32,000 nt of DNA from Pseudomonas aeruginosa (GTDB taxonomy: Bacteria > Pseudomonadota > Gammaproteobacteria > Pseudomonadales > Pseudomonadaceae): contig NZ_LN831024.1 in NCBI RefSeq assembly GCF_001457615.1, positions 3,180,001 through 3,212,000 on the forward strand, in the 5' to 3' direction. A program made the translations under genes and the position numbers. Under the pieces are notes generated by a model, which was not told where the DNA came from, did no database searches, and saw only the letters and a program-made list of their open reading frames with translations. Positions 18,847 to 26,726 of this stretch are shown here, one piece after another. Within the stretch, counting starts at the first letter, position 1, and every line of letters begins with the position of its first letter.

Positions 18847-20265
18847 TCAGTACATCGGCATGTGCTGCTCTATCTCTTTCGCCCATCGCTTCATGCCGCC
18901 ATCGAGCACTTGGACGTTGGAGAACCCTGCCCCCATGAGCTGTATGGCCGCGCGTTCGGCACGAGTGCCGGCGTAGCACACGAGGATGTAGCGCTTACTG
19001 AAGTCGAGATTGGCGAAATGGCTGGCGAGTTCGTTCAAGGGAACGTGGACGATCCCCGGCAACTGGCACACTTCGAGCTCGCCCGCGTCGCGTACATCCA
19101 GAAGGGCATAGTTTTCGCTGTTGGATTTCATCAACTGCAACAGGCAGCTGGGATCGATATAGCGATCGTCGTCGAGTCGTTGCGACGGTGCCGCGCTTGC
19201 CTGGCAGAGCAATCCCTCCCTCCAGTGGCGGGGATTCTCTGCAGCGGTTTTGCCGCAGGCCGGACAATCGTCGCGCCGATTGAACTTCACTTCATTGAAG
19301 TGCATGAGCAGCGCGTCGAATCGAAGAAGTCTGCCTGATAGGGACTTGCCCAGGCCGACGAGGGCCTTCACCGCCTCGGTTGCCTGCAGCAGGCCAATCA
19401 CTCCAGGCAGCACACCAATAACTCCCCCTGCGTTACAGCTTGGAGCCACCTCAGGCGGGGGATTGTTCGGGAAGAGACATTGGTAGCAGGGGCCTCCCTC
19501 CAGATTGAAGACGCTGACCTGACCTTCGAACCGATAGATCGCGCCAAAGACGAGTGGTTTTCCGAGCTTGGCGCAAACCGCGTTGACCAAGTAACGTGTG
19601 GCGAAGTTGTCGGTGCCATCCAATACCAGGTCATAGCTCTGAATCAGTGACTGCGCATTGTCCGCGTCGATGGCGTAACGGTGGGTTACGACTTCAATGT
19701 AGGGGTTCAGGTCCTGCATCCGGCGCTGGGCGGACTCAACCTTCGGCATACCGAGCGTGCTATAGCCATGGACGACCTGGCGCTGGAGATTGCTCGACTC
19801 CACCACGTCAAAGTCAACCAGCCCGATGGTGCCCACTCCTGCTGCGGCCAGATAAAGGCAAGCGGGCGAACCCAGGCCGCCCGTTCCGATTATCAGCACC
19901 CTGGCCTGCTTCAGGCGCTGCTGGCCTTCCCTGCCAACGCCTGGCAACGTGATGTGGCGAACGTAGCGTTGAACTTCTTCGTCGCTCAACGCTTCAACGC
20001 CAGAACCGCCAGATGTCGCGAGCATGACTTCGACTTCATCTCCATCGGAAAGCTCGCCATCCAGATTGACTAGCGAACCTTTGTGGGTCAGCAGGAAGTG
20101 TTCTTTCAATTGACCGTTTTCGTAATACAGGTGCCCGAGTAATGAAGGATGCTTCCTGGCAAGGCCTGCCAGCAGCTCGCCAACCGTCAAGCCCGCTCCC
20201 TCCAGGCGCCCGCCTTCCAGTTGGGCGGCCCGTACCAGTACTTCCGGAAAAATTACCGTCTTCAC
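18847..20265 (-). CDS. Triple-domain fusion: MoaD/ThiS-like ubiquitin-fold sulfur carrier + E1-like adenylyltransferase (MoeB/ThiF) + rhodanese
   Basis: N-term ~87 aa ending DGDEVEVMLATSGG; E1 core VLIIGTGGLGSPACLYLAAAGVGTIGLVDFDVVESSNLQRQ, DGTDNFATRYLVN, CYQCLF/CPACG zinc pairs; C-term rhodanese with YALLDVRDAGE and active-site loop CYAGTR. Confidence 0.92.
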   Translation of the reverse strand: MKTVIFPEVLVRAAQLEGGRLEGAGLTVGELLAGLARKHPSLLGHLYYENGQLKEHFLLTHKGSLVNLDGELSDGDEVEVMLATSGGSGVEALSDEEVQRYVRHITLPGVGREGQQRLKQARVLIIGTGGLGSPACLYLAAAGVGTIGLVDFDVVESSNLQRQVVHGYSTLGMPKVESAQRRMQDLNPYIEVVTHRYAIDADNAQSLIQSYDLVLDGTDNFATRYLVNAVCAKLGKPLVFGAIYRFEGQVSVFNLEGGPCYQCLFPNNPPPEVAPSCNAGGVIGVLPGVIGLLQATEAVKALVGLGKSLSGRLLRFDALLMHFNEVKFNRRDDCPACGKTAAENPRHWREGLLCQASAAPSQRLDDDRYIDPSCLLQLMKSNSENYALLDVRDAGELEVCQLPGIVHVPLNELASHFANLDFSKRYILVCYAGTRAERAAIQLMGAGFSNVQVLDGGMKRWAKEIEQHMPMY

Positions 20266-20287
20266 TTTTCAGCTCCTTGCCAGATGT

Positions 20288-20746
20288 CTACTCGTCCTGG
20301 CTCGATGGCCCGAACTCTCGTGTGCATTCAAAGCGTCCGTTGCGCCAGGCAAACAGTTTTGCGCCGCGAACGTTGCCGGCGGCCACATCAACAACCAGGT
20401 AGTCGACCGGCAGCATTGGCTCCCCGGCATACAATGCCTTGTCGATATCCTCCCGGCTGAAGTAGGCACCGACGTCCGGGTGGGAGTGGTAGATGACGGA
20501 TACCGGGCTGCACGTCTTGAAGCTGCTGTTGAGGAATACGGTATCCGTCACGGAAAACGTGTACCCGTTGGCGGCCGTGCGTGGGTACCTCCGGGGGTCA
20601 GCCATGTGCAGTTCATCCTGGATGTTCGTACCCTCTTTCACTTTTGCATCGGCGAGAACGAATCCGCAGCATTCCCTTGGATAGGTCCTGCAGGCGTGTC
20701 TGTAGATCACGCTCAATGCATGCTCGGTCAACACGTTCGTATTCAT
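20288..20746 (-). CDS. JAMM/Mov34-family metalloprotease (Mec/QbsD-like)
   Basis: MNTNVLTEHALSVIYRHACRTYPRECCGFVLA... with HSHPDVGAYFSRED (HxHPx6SxxD JAMM motif at 20447-20488); 153 aa. Confidence 0.9.
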   Translation of the reverse strand: MNTNVLTEHALSVIYRHACRTYPRECCGFVLADAKVKEGTNIQDELHMADPRRYPRTAANGYTFSVTDTVFLNSSFKTCSPVSVIYHSHPDVGAYFSREDIDKALYAGEPMLPVDYLVVDVAAGNVRGAKLFAWRNGRFECTREFGPSSQDE

Positions 20747-20747
20747 G

Positions 20748-21689
20748 TCACCTCCTGCCGAGCAGCTTCTCGATGGGAAGCTTGGTGATGGCAAATCCAG
20801 CCAATAGGAGCACGGTGAAGCCAATCAACTCGCGAGAGATGGCAACCCCTTCGTACCAGGCGCCGATGATCACGGCGAACACCGGGAAAATGATGAAGAC
20901 GAACGACAGCACAACGGGACTCAAACGCTTGAGCAGGAAGAAGTACACGATGAATCCCCCGACTGATGCCACCAGACCGAGATAGATCAGGGCAGCCCAA
21001 GATCGGCTTGTGACGGCAGACAGGTTCGGGTGTTCCATCACGAGTCCGGCCATGAACAGCCCCAAGCCGGCGATGCCAATGGGCAGCGTATTGAAGGTGA
21101 TCACGCCGATGTCAGCACCTTGCCTTTTGGTGATGACGTAGCTGAGTGCGTGCATGATCGCCGCGAGCAGGATGGCAAGTACGCCTAACAACTCCGTGTA
21201 GTCCAGATGCAGCCCTTGAGACCTGATGATCATGAACAGGCTGCCGAAGCCAATCGCAATACCAAGGATCTGCGACAGGTAGATGCGCTCGCGCAGGAAG
21301 ATCGCGGAGAAGATCAGGATGAACACGGGCATGCTGCTGAACAGCAGCGCGGTAAGACCTGAAGCGACGTATTGCTCGCCATAGTTCAGCAGGTAGTAGG
21401 GCACGCTGAAGTAGCCGAGCGTCACGAAGACGAAGAAGGCCAGGAGTCGCCGCGGGAAAAAGATCGTCTCGTGGCGCAGCCGCGCAAAGAGCAGGAAAAG
21501 CGGAAATGCGATCAGAAAGCGCAATCCGGCGGCAGTTAGCGGCGGCACGCTCTCCACGGCGATCTTGATGCCGAGCCAGGTAGTCCCCCAGCTGATACAC
21601 ACCACTAGAAATAGAACAGCGGTCACCAGGCTGGCCACACGTACCTGCCGCCTGTTGATAGTCAGAGCTTGAATTGACATAAGTTGCAC
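20748..21689 (-). CDS. EamA/DMT-superfamily transporter (amino-acid/metabolite exporter-like)
   Basis: Multi-pass protein: VCISWGTTWLGIKIAVESVPPLTAAGLRFLIAF...VPYYLLNYGEQYVASGLTALLFSSMPVFILIFSAIFLRERI. GTG start at 21689 or ATG at 21680. Confidence 0.9.
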   Translation of the reverse strand: MQLMSIQALTINRRQVRVASLVTAVLFLVVCISWGTTWLGIKIAVESVPPLTAAGLRFLIAFPLFLLFARLRHETIFFPRRLLAFFVFVTLGYFSVPYYLLNYGEQYVASGLTALLFSSMPVFILIFSAIFLRERIYLSQILGIAIGFGSLFMIIRSQGLHLDYTELLGVLAILLAAIMHALSYVITKRQGADIGVITFNTLPIGIAGLGLFMAGLVMEHPNLSAVTSRSWAALIYLGLVASVGGFIVYFFLLKRLSPVVLSFVFIIFPVFAVIIGAWYEGVAISRELIGFTVLLLAGFAITKLPIEKLLGRR

Positions 21690-21770
21690 GTCTTTCCCCC
21701 ATGTTATTCTTTGATTGACGCCCTTTATTGCTTATCAAACCTCTTTATTTGAGGTTAATTCGGAGAAAAT
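21690..21770. promoter_or_regulatory. Divergent promoter/operator region between the six-gene operon and its MocR-type regulator
   Basis: 81-bp AT-rich gap with AACCTC-N7-GAGGTT (21738-21756), TTTGAT-N18-ATCAAA (21710-21739), and direct repeats CTTTATT at 21723-21729 and 21743-21749. Confidence 0.55.
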
Positions 21771-23204
21771 ATGCCGGTCAAAGCAAATATTGACACCGAT
21801 TCAATTTTCAGATTCTTCCTACCAGAAGGGCCCGGCCTGAAGTACAAACGGCTGGCCCAGGGCATCGAAGAATCTATTCGCAATGGGGTTCTCCGGCAGG
21901 GAGTCAAGCTGCCGCCACATCGCATCCTCGCGGACAAGCTCGGTGTGACCGCGGGCACGGTGAGCCGGGCCTATGGTGAGCTGGAGCGCATGGGGCTGGT
22001 TGAGGCTCGGGTCGGCGACGGTACGTTCGTCCGCAACCGCGGTCGAGAACGTGCTCGGGAGGCGGGCTTTCGCAATTTCGTAGACAGCACCGAGATGTGC
22101 AACGACATGAGCCGGAATATGCATATTCCGGGCAATGAGACCGAACTGCTTTCCCGCAGCCTTCAGCAATTGAGTGCGGCCCCTGAGCTCCTGCAGGAGT
22201 TAATGCTCTACACACCCGACACAGGACTGCTCCGACACCGGCAAGCGGGAGCAACATGGCTGTCTCACGGTGAGTTTCAAGCGGAGCACCAGCAGATTCT
22301 GTGCGTCAATGGCAGCCAACACGGTCTGCTCGTCGTGCTTATGGCCATGCTGCGCGCCGGCGACACCCTGGTAACGGAGCAGCTCTCCTATCCTGGGCTG
22401 ATCAGTGCCGCGCAACTGTTGGGCATCAAGGTGCTCGGCTTGGAAATGGATGAAGAGGGGCTACTGCCCGACGCCCTCGAAGAGGCCTGCCGCACGAACA
22501 GGATCACCGCCCTGTACTGCACACCCACCATCCAGAACCCGACCACTGCAGTGATGTCAGGCGCCAGGCGGAAGGAAATCGCGAAGATCTGCCGCGAGCA
22601 CGGCTTGATCGTCATCGAGGACGAAACCCATGCTGTATTGATGGCCGAACGCCCCACCCCTCTCTGCCATCTGCTGCCTGAGCGGGGCATCCTCATCGGT
22701 GGCATGAGCAAGGCGGTCGCTGCAGGATTGCGGGTTGGATACGTTCATGCTCCTGCATCCATGGTAAGTCGCATGGCAGCAGCGCTTCGCAATTCGTGCT
22801 GGATGGCGACACCACTGGTTCTCGAGATTGCGAGCCGATGGGTCGAGGACGGTACTGCAAGCGCACTGCTCGAATACCAGAGAGGGGAAATCGCGCGTCG
22901 CCAAGCGCTGGTTGTGGACCTGCTGCAGGGCCTGACCTATCGCAGCCATCTATGCTGTCCGCATTTCTGGGTAGAAGTGCCAGCCCCCTGGCGCGCCATC
23001 GAAATAGAGCAAGGCATGCGCGGACAGCAGCATCTTGTCACCACCGCAGAGGCCTTTAGTACGGGCCGCGGTACGCTTCCCCAGGCCATTCGAATCAGCG
23101 TCAGCAATTCCCCAGGAGGGGGGAATACGTTATCTGACGGCTTCGCAGTCCTGGCAGCGCTCCTACGCGAAGGCCCCCAAGAGATGCTGACGATGCGTGC
23201 TTGA
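21771..23204 (+). CDS. MocR-type transcriptional regulator (GntR wHTH + class I aminotransferase domain)
   Basis: GLKYKRLAQGIEESIRNGVLRQGVKLPPHRILADKLGVTAGTVSRAYGELERMGLVEARVGDGTFV then aminotransferase fold with TPTIQNPTTAVMS and GGMSKAVAAGLRVGY (predicted PLP lysine). Confidence 0.93.
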   Translation: MPVKANIDTDSIFRFFLPEGPGLKYKRLAQGIEESIRNGVLRQGVKLPPHRILADKLGVTAGTVSRAYGELERMGLVEARVGDGTFVRNRGRERAREAGFRNFVDSTEMCNDMSRNMHIPGNETELLSRSLQQLSAAPELLQELMLYTPDTGLLRHRQAGATWLSHGEFQAEHQQILCVNGSQHGLLVVLMAMLRAGDTLVTEQLSYPGLISAAQLLGIKVLGLEMDEEGLLPDALEEACRTNRITALYCTPTIQNPTTAVMSGARRKEIAKICREHGLIVIEDETHAVLMAERPTPLCHLLPERGILIGGMSKAVAAGLRVGYVHAPASMVSRMAAALRNSCWMATPLVLEIASRWVEDGTASALLEYQRGEIARRQALVVDLLQGLTYRSHLCCPHFWVEVPAPWRAIEIEQGMRGQQHLVTTAEAFSTGRGTLPQAIRISVSNSPGGGNTLSDGFAVLAALLREGPQEMLTMRA

Positions 23205-23424
23205 TACGGGAGGCAACGGTCCCACCCGAGGAGGACTCTTGGGCTCAACGGTAGCGATAAGCACCGGCGCCTGACTAAGGCATACCTATGGTCCGAGATC
23301 TACCATGGATTTCACTCGCCTGGGACGGCGAAACAAGAAGTCGAGGCAGCCACGAAAAGCAGCTAGACCATCCAGCGTGAAACCCACCCAAGCTTTAATC
23401 CGTTCTATCCATCCTGCGCAGAGC

Positions 23425-24180
23425 CTAACCCCGCGACAACCACGCCATCACCGCTCGGTTCACCCACGGCGGAGACAACTGCCCAGCCCAGTACAGCGCC
23501 GTGAACAACCCGCCCACCGGCCGGTGTACCCGCCGGCTGTGCGCCTGCCGCCAGGCCGCCTCGGCGATATCCTCGGCGTCCAGTCTCAGCCCCAGGCGAC
23601 GCAACACCGGCGGCTGGTAGGGCTGCCCGGCGACCATCGGCGTGCGGACGAACGGCGGCATCAGGTCGGCCACACGAATACCGTGGCGGCGCCATTCCAG
23701 CTCCAGCGCCTCGGTAAGCCCGCGCACGGCGAACTTCGAGGCCGAGTAGACGGCCATCTCCGGTACGCCATACAGCCCCGATGCCGAGCCCATGTTGAGC
23801 ACCTGCGCCTGCGGCGTCGCGCGCAGGAACGGAAAGGCCGCGTGACAGCAGTTGAGGACGCCTTGCAGGTTGATCGCCAGCAACCGCGCGTGGTCCTCCA
23901 GGGCGACCTCTTCGAAGCGGCCGAAACGCAGGACGCCGGCGCAGTTGAACAGCAGGCGCAGGCGGCCATCGGCACAGAACTGCGCAAGCGCCTCGCCGAC
24001 CACGTCGGGCTCGCTGACGTCCACGGCGCGGTGCCAGGCGCCCGGCAGTTGCGCGGCCAAGCCGCGCAACGCCTCGGCATCGATGTCCAGCAAACCGACC
24101 CGCCAGCCCCGGCGGTGGAACAGACGCGCGCTGGCGGCGCCGATTCCGGAAGCGGCACCACTGATCAGGATGTTCTGCAC
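23425..24180 (-). CDS. Short-chain dehydrogenase/reductase
   Basis: GTG start at 24180 (VQNILISGAASGIGAASARLFHRRGW), catalytic YSASK and LFNCAGVLRFG. Confidence 0.88.
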   Translation of the reverse strand: MQNILISGAASGIGAASARLFHRRGWRVGLLDIDAEALRGLAAQLPGAWHRAVDVSEPDVVGEALAQFCADGRLRLLFNCAGVLRFGRFEEVALEDHARLLAINLQGVLNCCHAAFPFLRATPQAQVLNMGSASGLYGVPEMAVYSASKFAVRGLTEALELEWRRHGIRVADLMPPFVRTPMVAGQPYQPPVLRRLGLRLDAEDIAEAAWRQAHSRRVHRPVGGLFTALYWAGQLSPPWVNRAVMAWLSRG

Positions 24181-25094
24181 CTGTCGCCCTCCGCGCTGCA
24201 TTCGACGACGAACGCGGCCGCCTCGTCCAACGCCCGGTCGGCGCTGGCCAACACGCCGGCATGGGCCTGGAACACGTGCCAGCAACCGGCGTAGCGCTGC
24301 AATCGCACCGCGACGCCCTGCTCACCGGCCCGTTGCGCCAGGCGCAGGCTGTCGTCGCGCAGCAGTTCGTCCTCGCCGACCTGTACCAGCAGCGGCGGCA
24401 GCCCCGCCAGGTCGGCATGCAGCGGCGACAAGGCGGCCGAGCCTGGCTCCGCGTCGGCCGGCAGCAGCAGGCGCACCGCGCTTTCCAGCCAGGCCCGCGA
24501 CAGCAGCGGGTCGCCGGCCGCCGGCGTGTGCAGGCGCTGGCAGCCGAGGTCGGTCCAGGGCGAGAACAGCAGCAACCCGGCCGGCAACGGCAAGCCGCGC
24601 GCCTTCAGCTCCAGGGCCAGGGACAGCGCCAGGTGGCCGCCCGCGGAGTCGCCGGCGAGCAGCAGCCGGCGCGGCGAATGGCCGGCCTCCAGCAATGCCA
24701 GGTAGACCGCCAGGGCGTCGTCGCGGGCGGCGGGGAACGGATGTTCCGGGGCGCGCCGGTAGTCCACCGCGCAGACCTCGGCGGCGCAACGCCGGGCCAG
24801 GTGCGTGGTGATCGCCCGGTGGGTCGCCGGCGAGCCGATCAGGTAGGCGCCGCCGTGCAGGTAGAGCACCCGGCGCCGCGCCTCCACCCCGCGCGGCCGC
24901 AACCACTCGCAGGGCACGCCGGCGAGGCTGCGGCGCTCGCGGACGACGCCGCCGGCGCCCAGCGTCGCCAGGCTCAGCCCGCGCAACACGCCGCGTTGCA
25001 GCGCCACTGGCATGGGCGGACGGACCAGCCCGCGGAACAACAGGCGCAGGCAGCCGCGCAGGAGACCGGCGCGCAGGCGTTGCGGCGGCGACAT
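24165..25094 (-). CDS. Alpha/beta-hydrolase (HSL-type esterase/lipase)
   Basis: RRVLYLHGGAYLIGSPATHR (HGG oxyanion), LLLAGDSAGGHLALSLALEL (GDSAG). Start ambiguous: MSPPQRL at 25094 or MTWPAEAP at 25121 overlapping the upstream gene. Confidence 0.88.
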   Translation of the reverse strand: MSPPQRLRAGLLRGCLRLLFRGLVRPPMPVALQRGVLRGLSLATLGAGGVVRERRSLAGVPCEWLRPRGVEARRRVLYLHGGAYLIGSPATHRAITTHLARRCAAEVCAVDYRRAPEHPFPAARDDALAVYLALLEAGHSPRRLLLAGDSAGGHLALSLALELKARGLPLPAGLLLFSPWTDLGCQRLHTPAAGDPLLSRAWLESAVRLLLPADAEPGSAALSPLHADLAGLPPLLVQVGEDELLRDDSLRLAQRAGEQGVAVRLQRYAGCWHVFQAHAGVLASADRALDEAAAFVVECSAEGDRCRTS

Positions 25095-25104
25095 CAGGGG
25101 CGCT

Positions 25105-26580
25105 TCAGCGGGCCAGGTCATAGTCGGCAAGCTCCGGCCGGCGCGTACGCCAGCGATAGACGAAGGTGTAGCCCGGCCAGTTGTTGGTGTTCTTGCCGGC
25201 GGCAGTCTTGTACCAGCTGTCGCAGCCACGCTCCCAGACGGTATGGCGCAACCCCTGTTGCACCTCCAGGTTGAAGCGCCGCTGGACCTCGGGCTTCACG
25301 TCGAGGTAGCGCAAGCCCTGCGCCTGGAGCTGGCGCAGGCAGCCGAGCACGTAGGGGAACTGGCTTTCCAGCATGTAGACGATGGAGTTGTGGCCGAGGT
25401 TGGTGTTCGGCCCGTAAAGGATGAACAGGTTGGGGAAGCCGCTGACGCTGATGCCCTTGTAGGCTTCCGCGCCATCCGCCCAGGCCTGCCGCAGGTCGCG
25501 TCCGTCGAGGCCGAGGATGCGCATCGGGGCGAGGAACTCGGTGGCGGCGAAGCCGGTACCGAAGATGATCGCGTCGACCTCGTGCCGGCGGCCGTCACGG
25601 CCGACCACGGCGTCTTCGGTGACTTCGCGAATGCCCGTGTCGACCAGTTCGACATTGCTCCTGGCCAGCGCCGGGTAATAGTCGTTGCTGATCAGGATGC
25701 GCTTGCAACCCAGCGGGTAGTCGGGAACCAGCCGCGCGCGCAGTTGCGGATCGGCGATCTGCCGGTGCAGGTGACGATGGAAGCTCAGCCGCATCACCTT
25801 CATCAGCGCCGGGAAGGTCGCGAAGGCGAGCATCCGCGATTCGTGGTGCAGGTACTTGAGCCCCCGATCCAGGCGTTGCAGCCACGGCCAGCGCGCCTTC
25901 AGGCGGCGTTCCCAGTCGGCGTAGGTGCGGTCCGGCTTGGCGATCACGTAAGGCGCGCTGCGCTGGAACAGCGACAGGCGTTGCACCTGCGGGGCGATCC
26001 GCGGGACGAACTGGATGGCGCTGGCTCCGGTGCCGATCACCGCGACCCGCTTGCCGGCCAGCTCGACCTCGGCGTCCCAGTTCGCCGAGTGGAACGCCGG
26101 ACCCTGGAAGCGCTCCAGGCCGGGCAGGCGCGGCAGCAGCGGCCGGCTCAACTGGCCGGTGGCGCAGACCAGGGCCCGTGCGCGCAGCGTCTGGCCATCG
26201 GCGCAGCGCACCTGCCATTCGCCGCTGCCGGCGTCGAAACGGGCCTCCTCCACCTCGCAGTGGAAACGGATCTTCTCGCGCAGACGGTACTTGTCCGCGC
26301 AATGCCGCAGGTAGTCGAGGATTTCCGCCTGCGGGGCGAACTTGCGCGACCAGTCGGCCTTCGGCTCGAAGGAAAACGAATAGAGATGCGAGGGGACGTC
26401 GCAGGCGGCGCCCGGGTAGCGGTTTTCCCGCCAGCAACCGCCGACATCGGCGGCCTTTTCCAGGACCAGATAATCGTCGATGCCTGCCTGTCGCAGGCGG
26501 ATCGCCAAGCCGAGACCGGCGAAGCCGGCGCCGACCACCAGCACCCGCAAGGGGGCTTCAGGGCGGGACTCGTTGTGCAT
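25105..26580 (-). CDS. Flavin-containing / Baeyer-Villiger-type monooxygenase
   Basis: VLVVGAGFAGLGLAIRLR (GxGxxG) and BVMO fingerprint FQGPAFHSANWD (FxGxxxHxxxWD, 26074-26109). Confidence 0.9.
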   Translation of the reverse strand: MHNESRPEAPLRVLVVGAGFAGLGLAIRLRQAGIDDYLVLEKAADVGGCWRENRYPGAACDVPSHLYSFSFEPKADWSRKFAPQAEILDYLRHCADKYRLREKIRFHCEVEEARFDAGSGEWQVRCADGQTLRARALVCATGQLSRPLLPRLPGLERFQGPAFHSANWDAEVELAGKRVAVIGTGASAIQFVPRIAPQVQRLSLFQRSAPYVIAKPDRTYADWERRLKARWPWLQRLDRGLKYLHHESRMLAFATFPALMKVMRLSFHRHLHRQIADPQLRARLVPDYPLGCKRILISNDYYPALARSNVELVDTGIREVTEDAVVGRDGRRHEVDAIIFGTGFAATEFLAPMRILGLDGRDLRQAWADGAEAYKGISVSGFPNLFILYGPNTNLGHNSIVYMLESQFPYVLGCLRQLQAQGLRYLDVKPEVQRRFNLEVQQGLRHTVWERGCDSWYKTAAGKNTNNWPGYTFVYRWRTRRPELADYDLAR

Positions 26581-26726
26581 TGTTGTGCTCCCGTTTGTTG
26601 CTTGCCACGCCGTCCGGCGCGATTCCGCCCAGCGGCGGATGGCAGCATCCTAGTTCGCCGGGGCGACTGGCGTTATGGCCGGGCCGGACATAAAGTTGTG
26701 ATTTTCGGTCAACCTCGGACGCCACC

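Noticed and set aside
18847-20265. Simple annotation as molybdopterin-synthase adenylyltransferase MoeB
   Set aside because: The N-terminal carrier domain, C-terminal rhodanese and cysteine-type neighbours argue against a dedicated molybdenum cofactor role, although the E1 core is MoeB-like.
18847-20746. Possible antiphage ubiquitin-like conjugation system (Bil or CBASS Cap2/Cap3 type) because E1 and JAMM genes are adjacent
   Set aside because: No E2-like protein, no cyclic-nucleotide synthase and no effector. Rhodanese fusion, CysE/CysM-like partners and an exporter point to sulfur-carrier metabolism.
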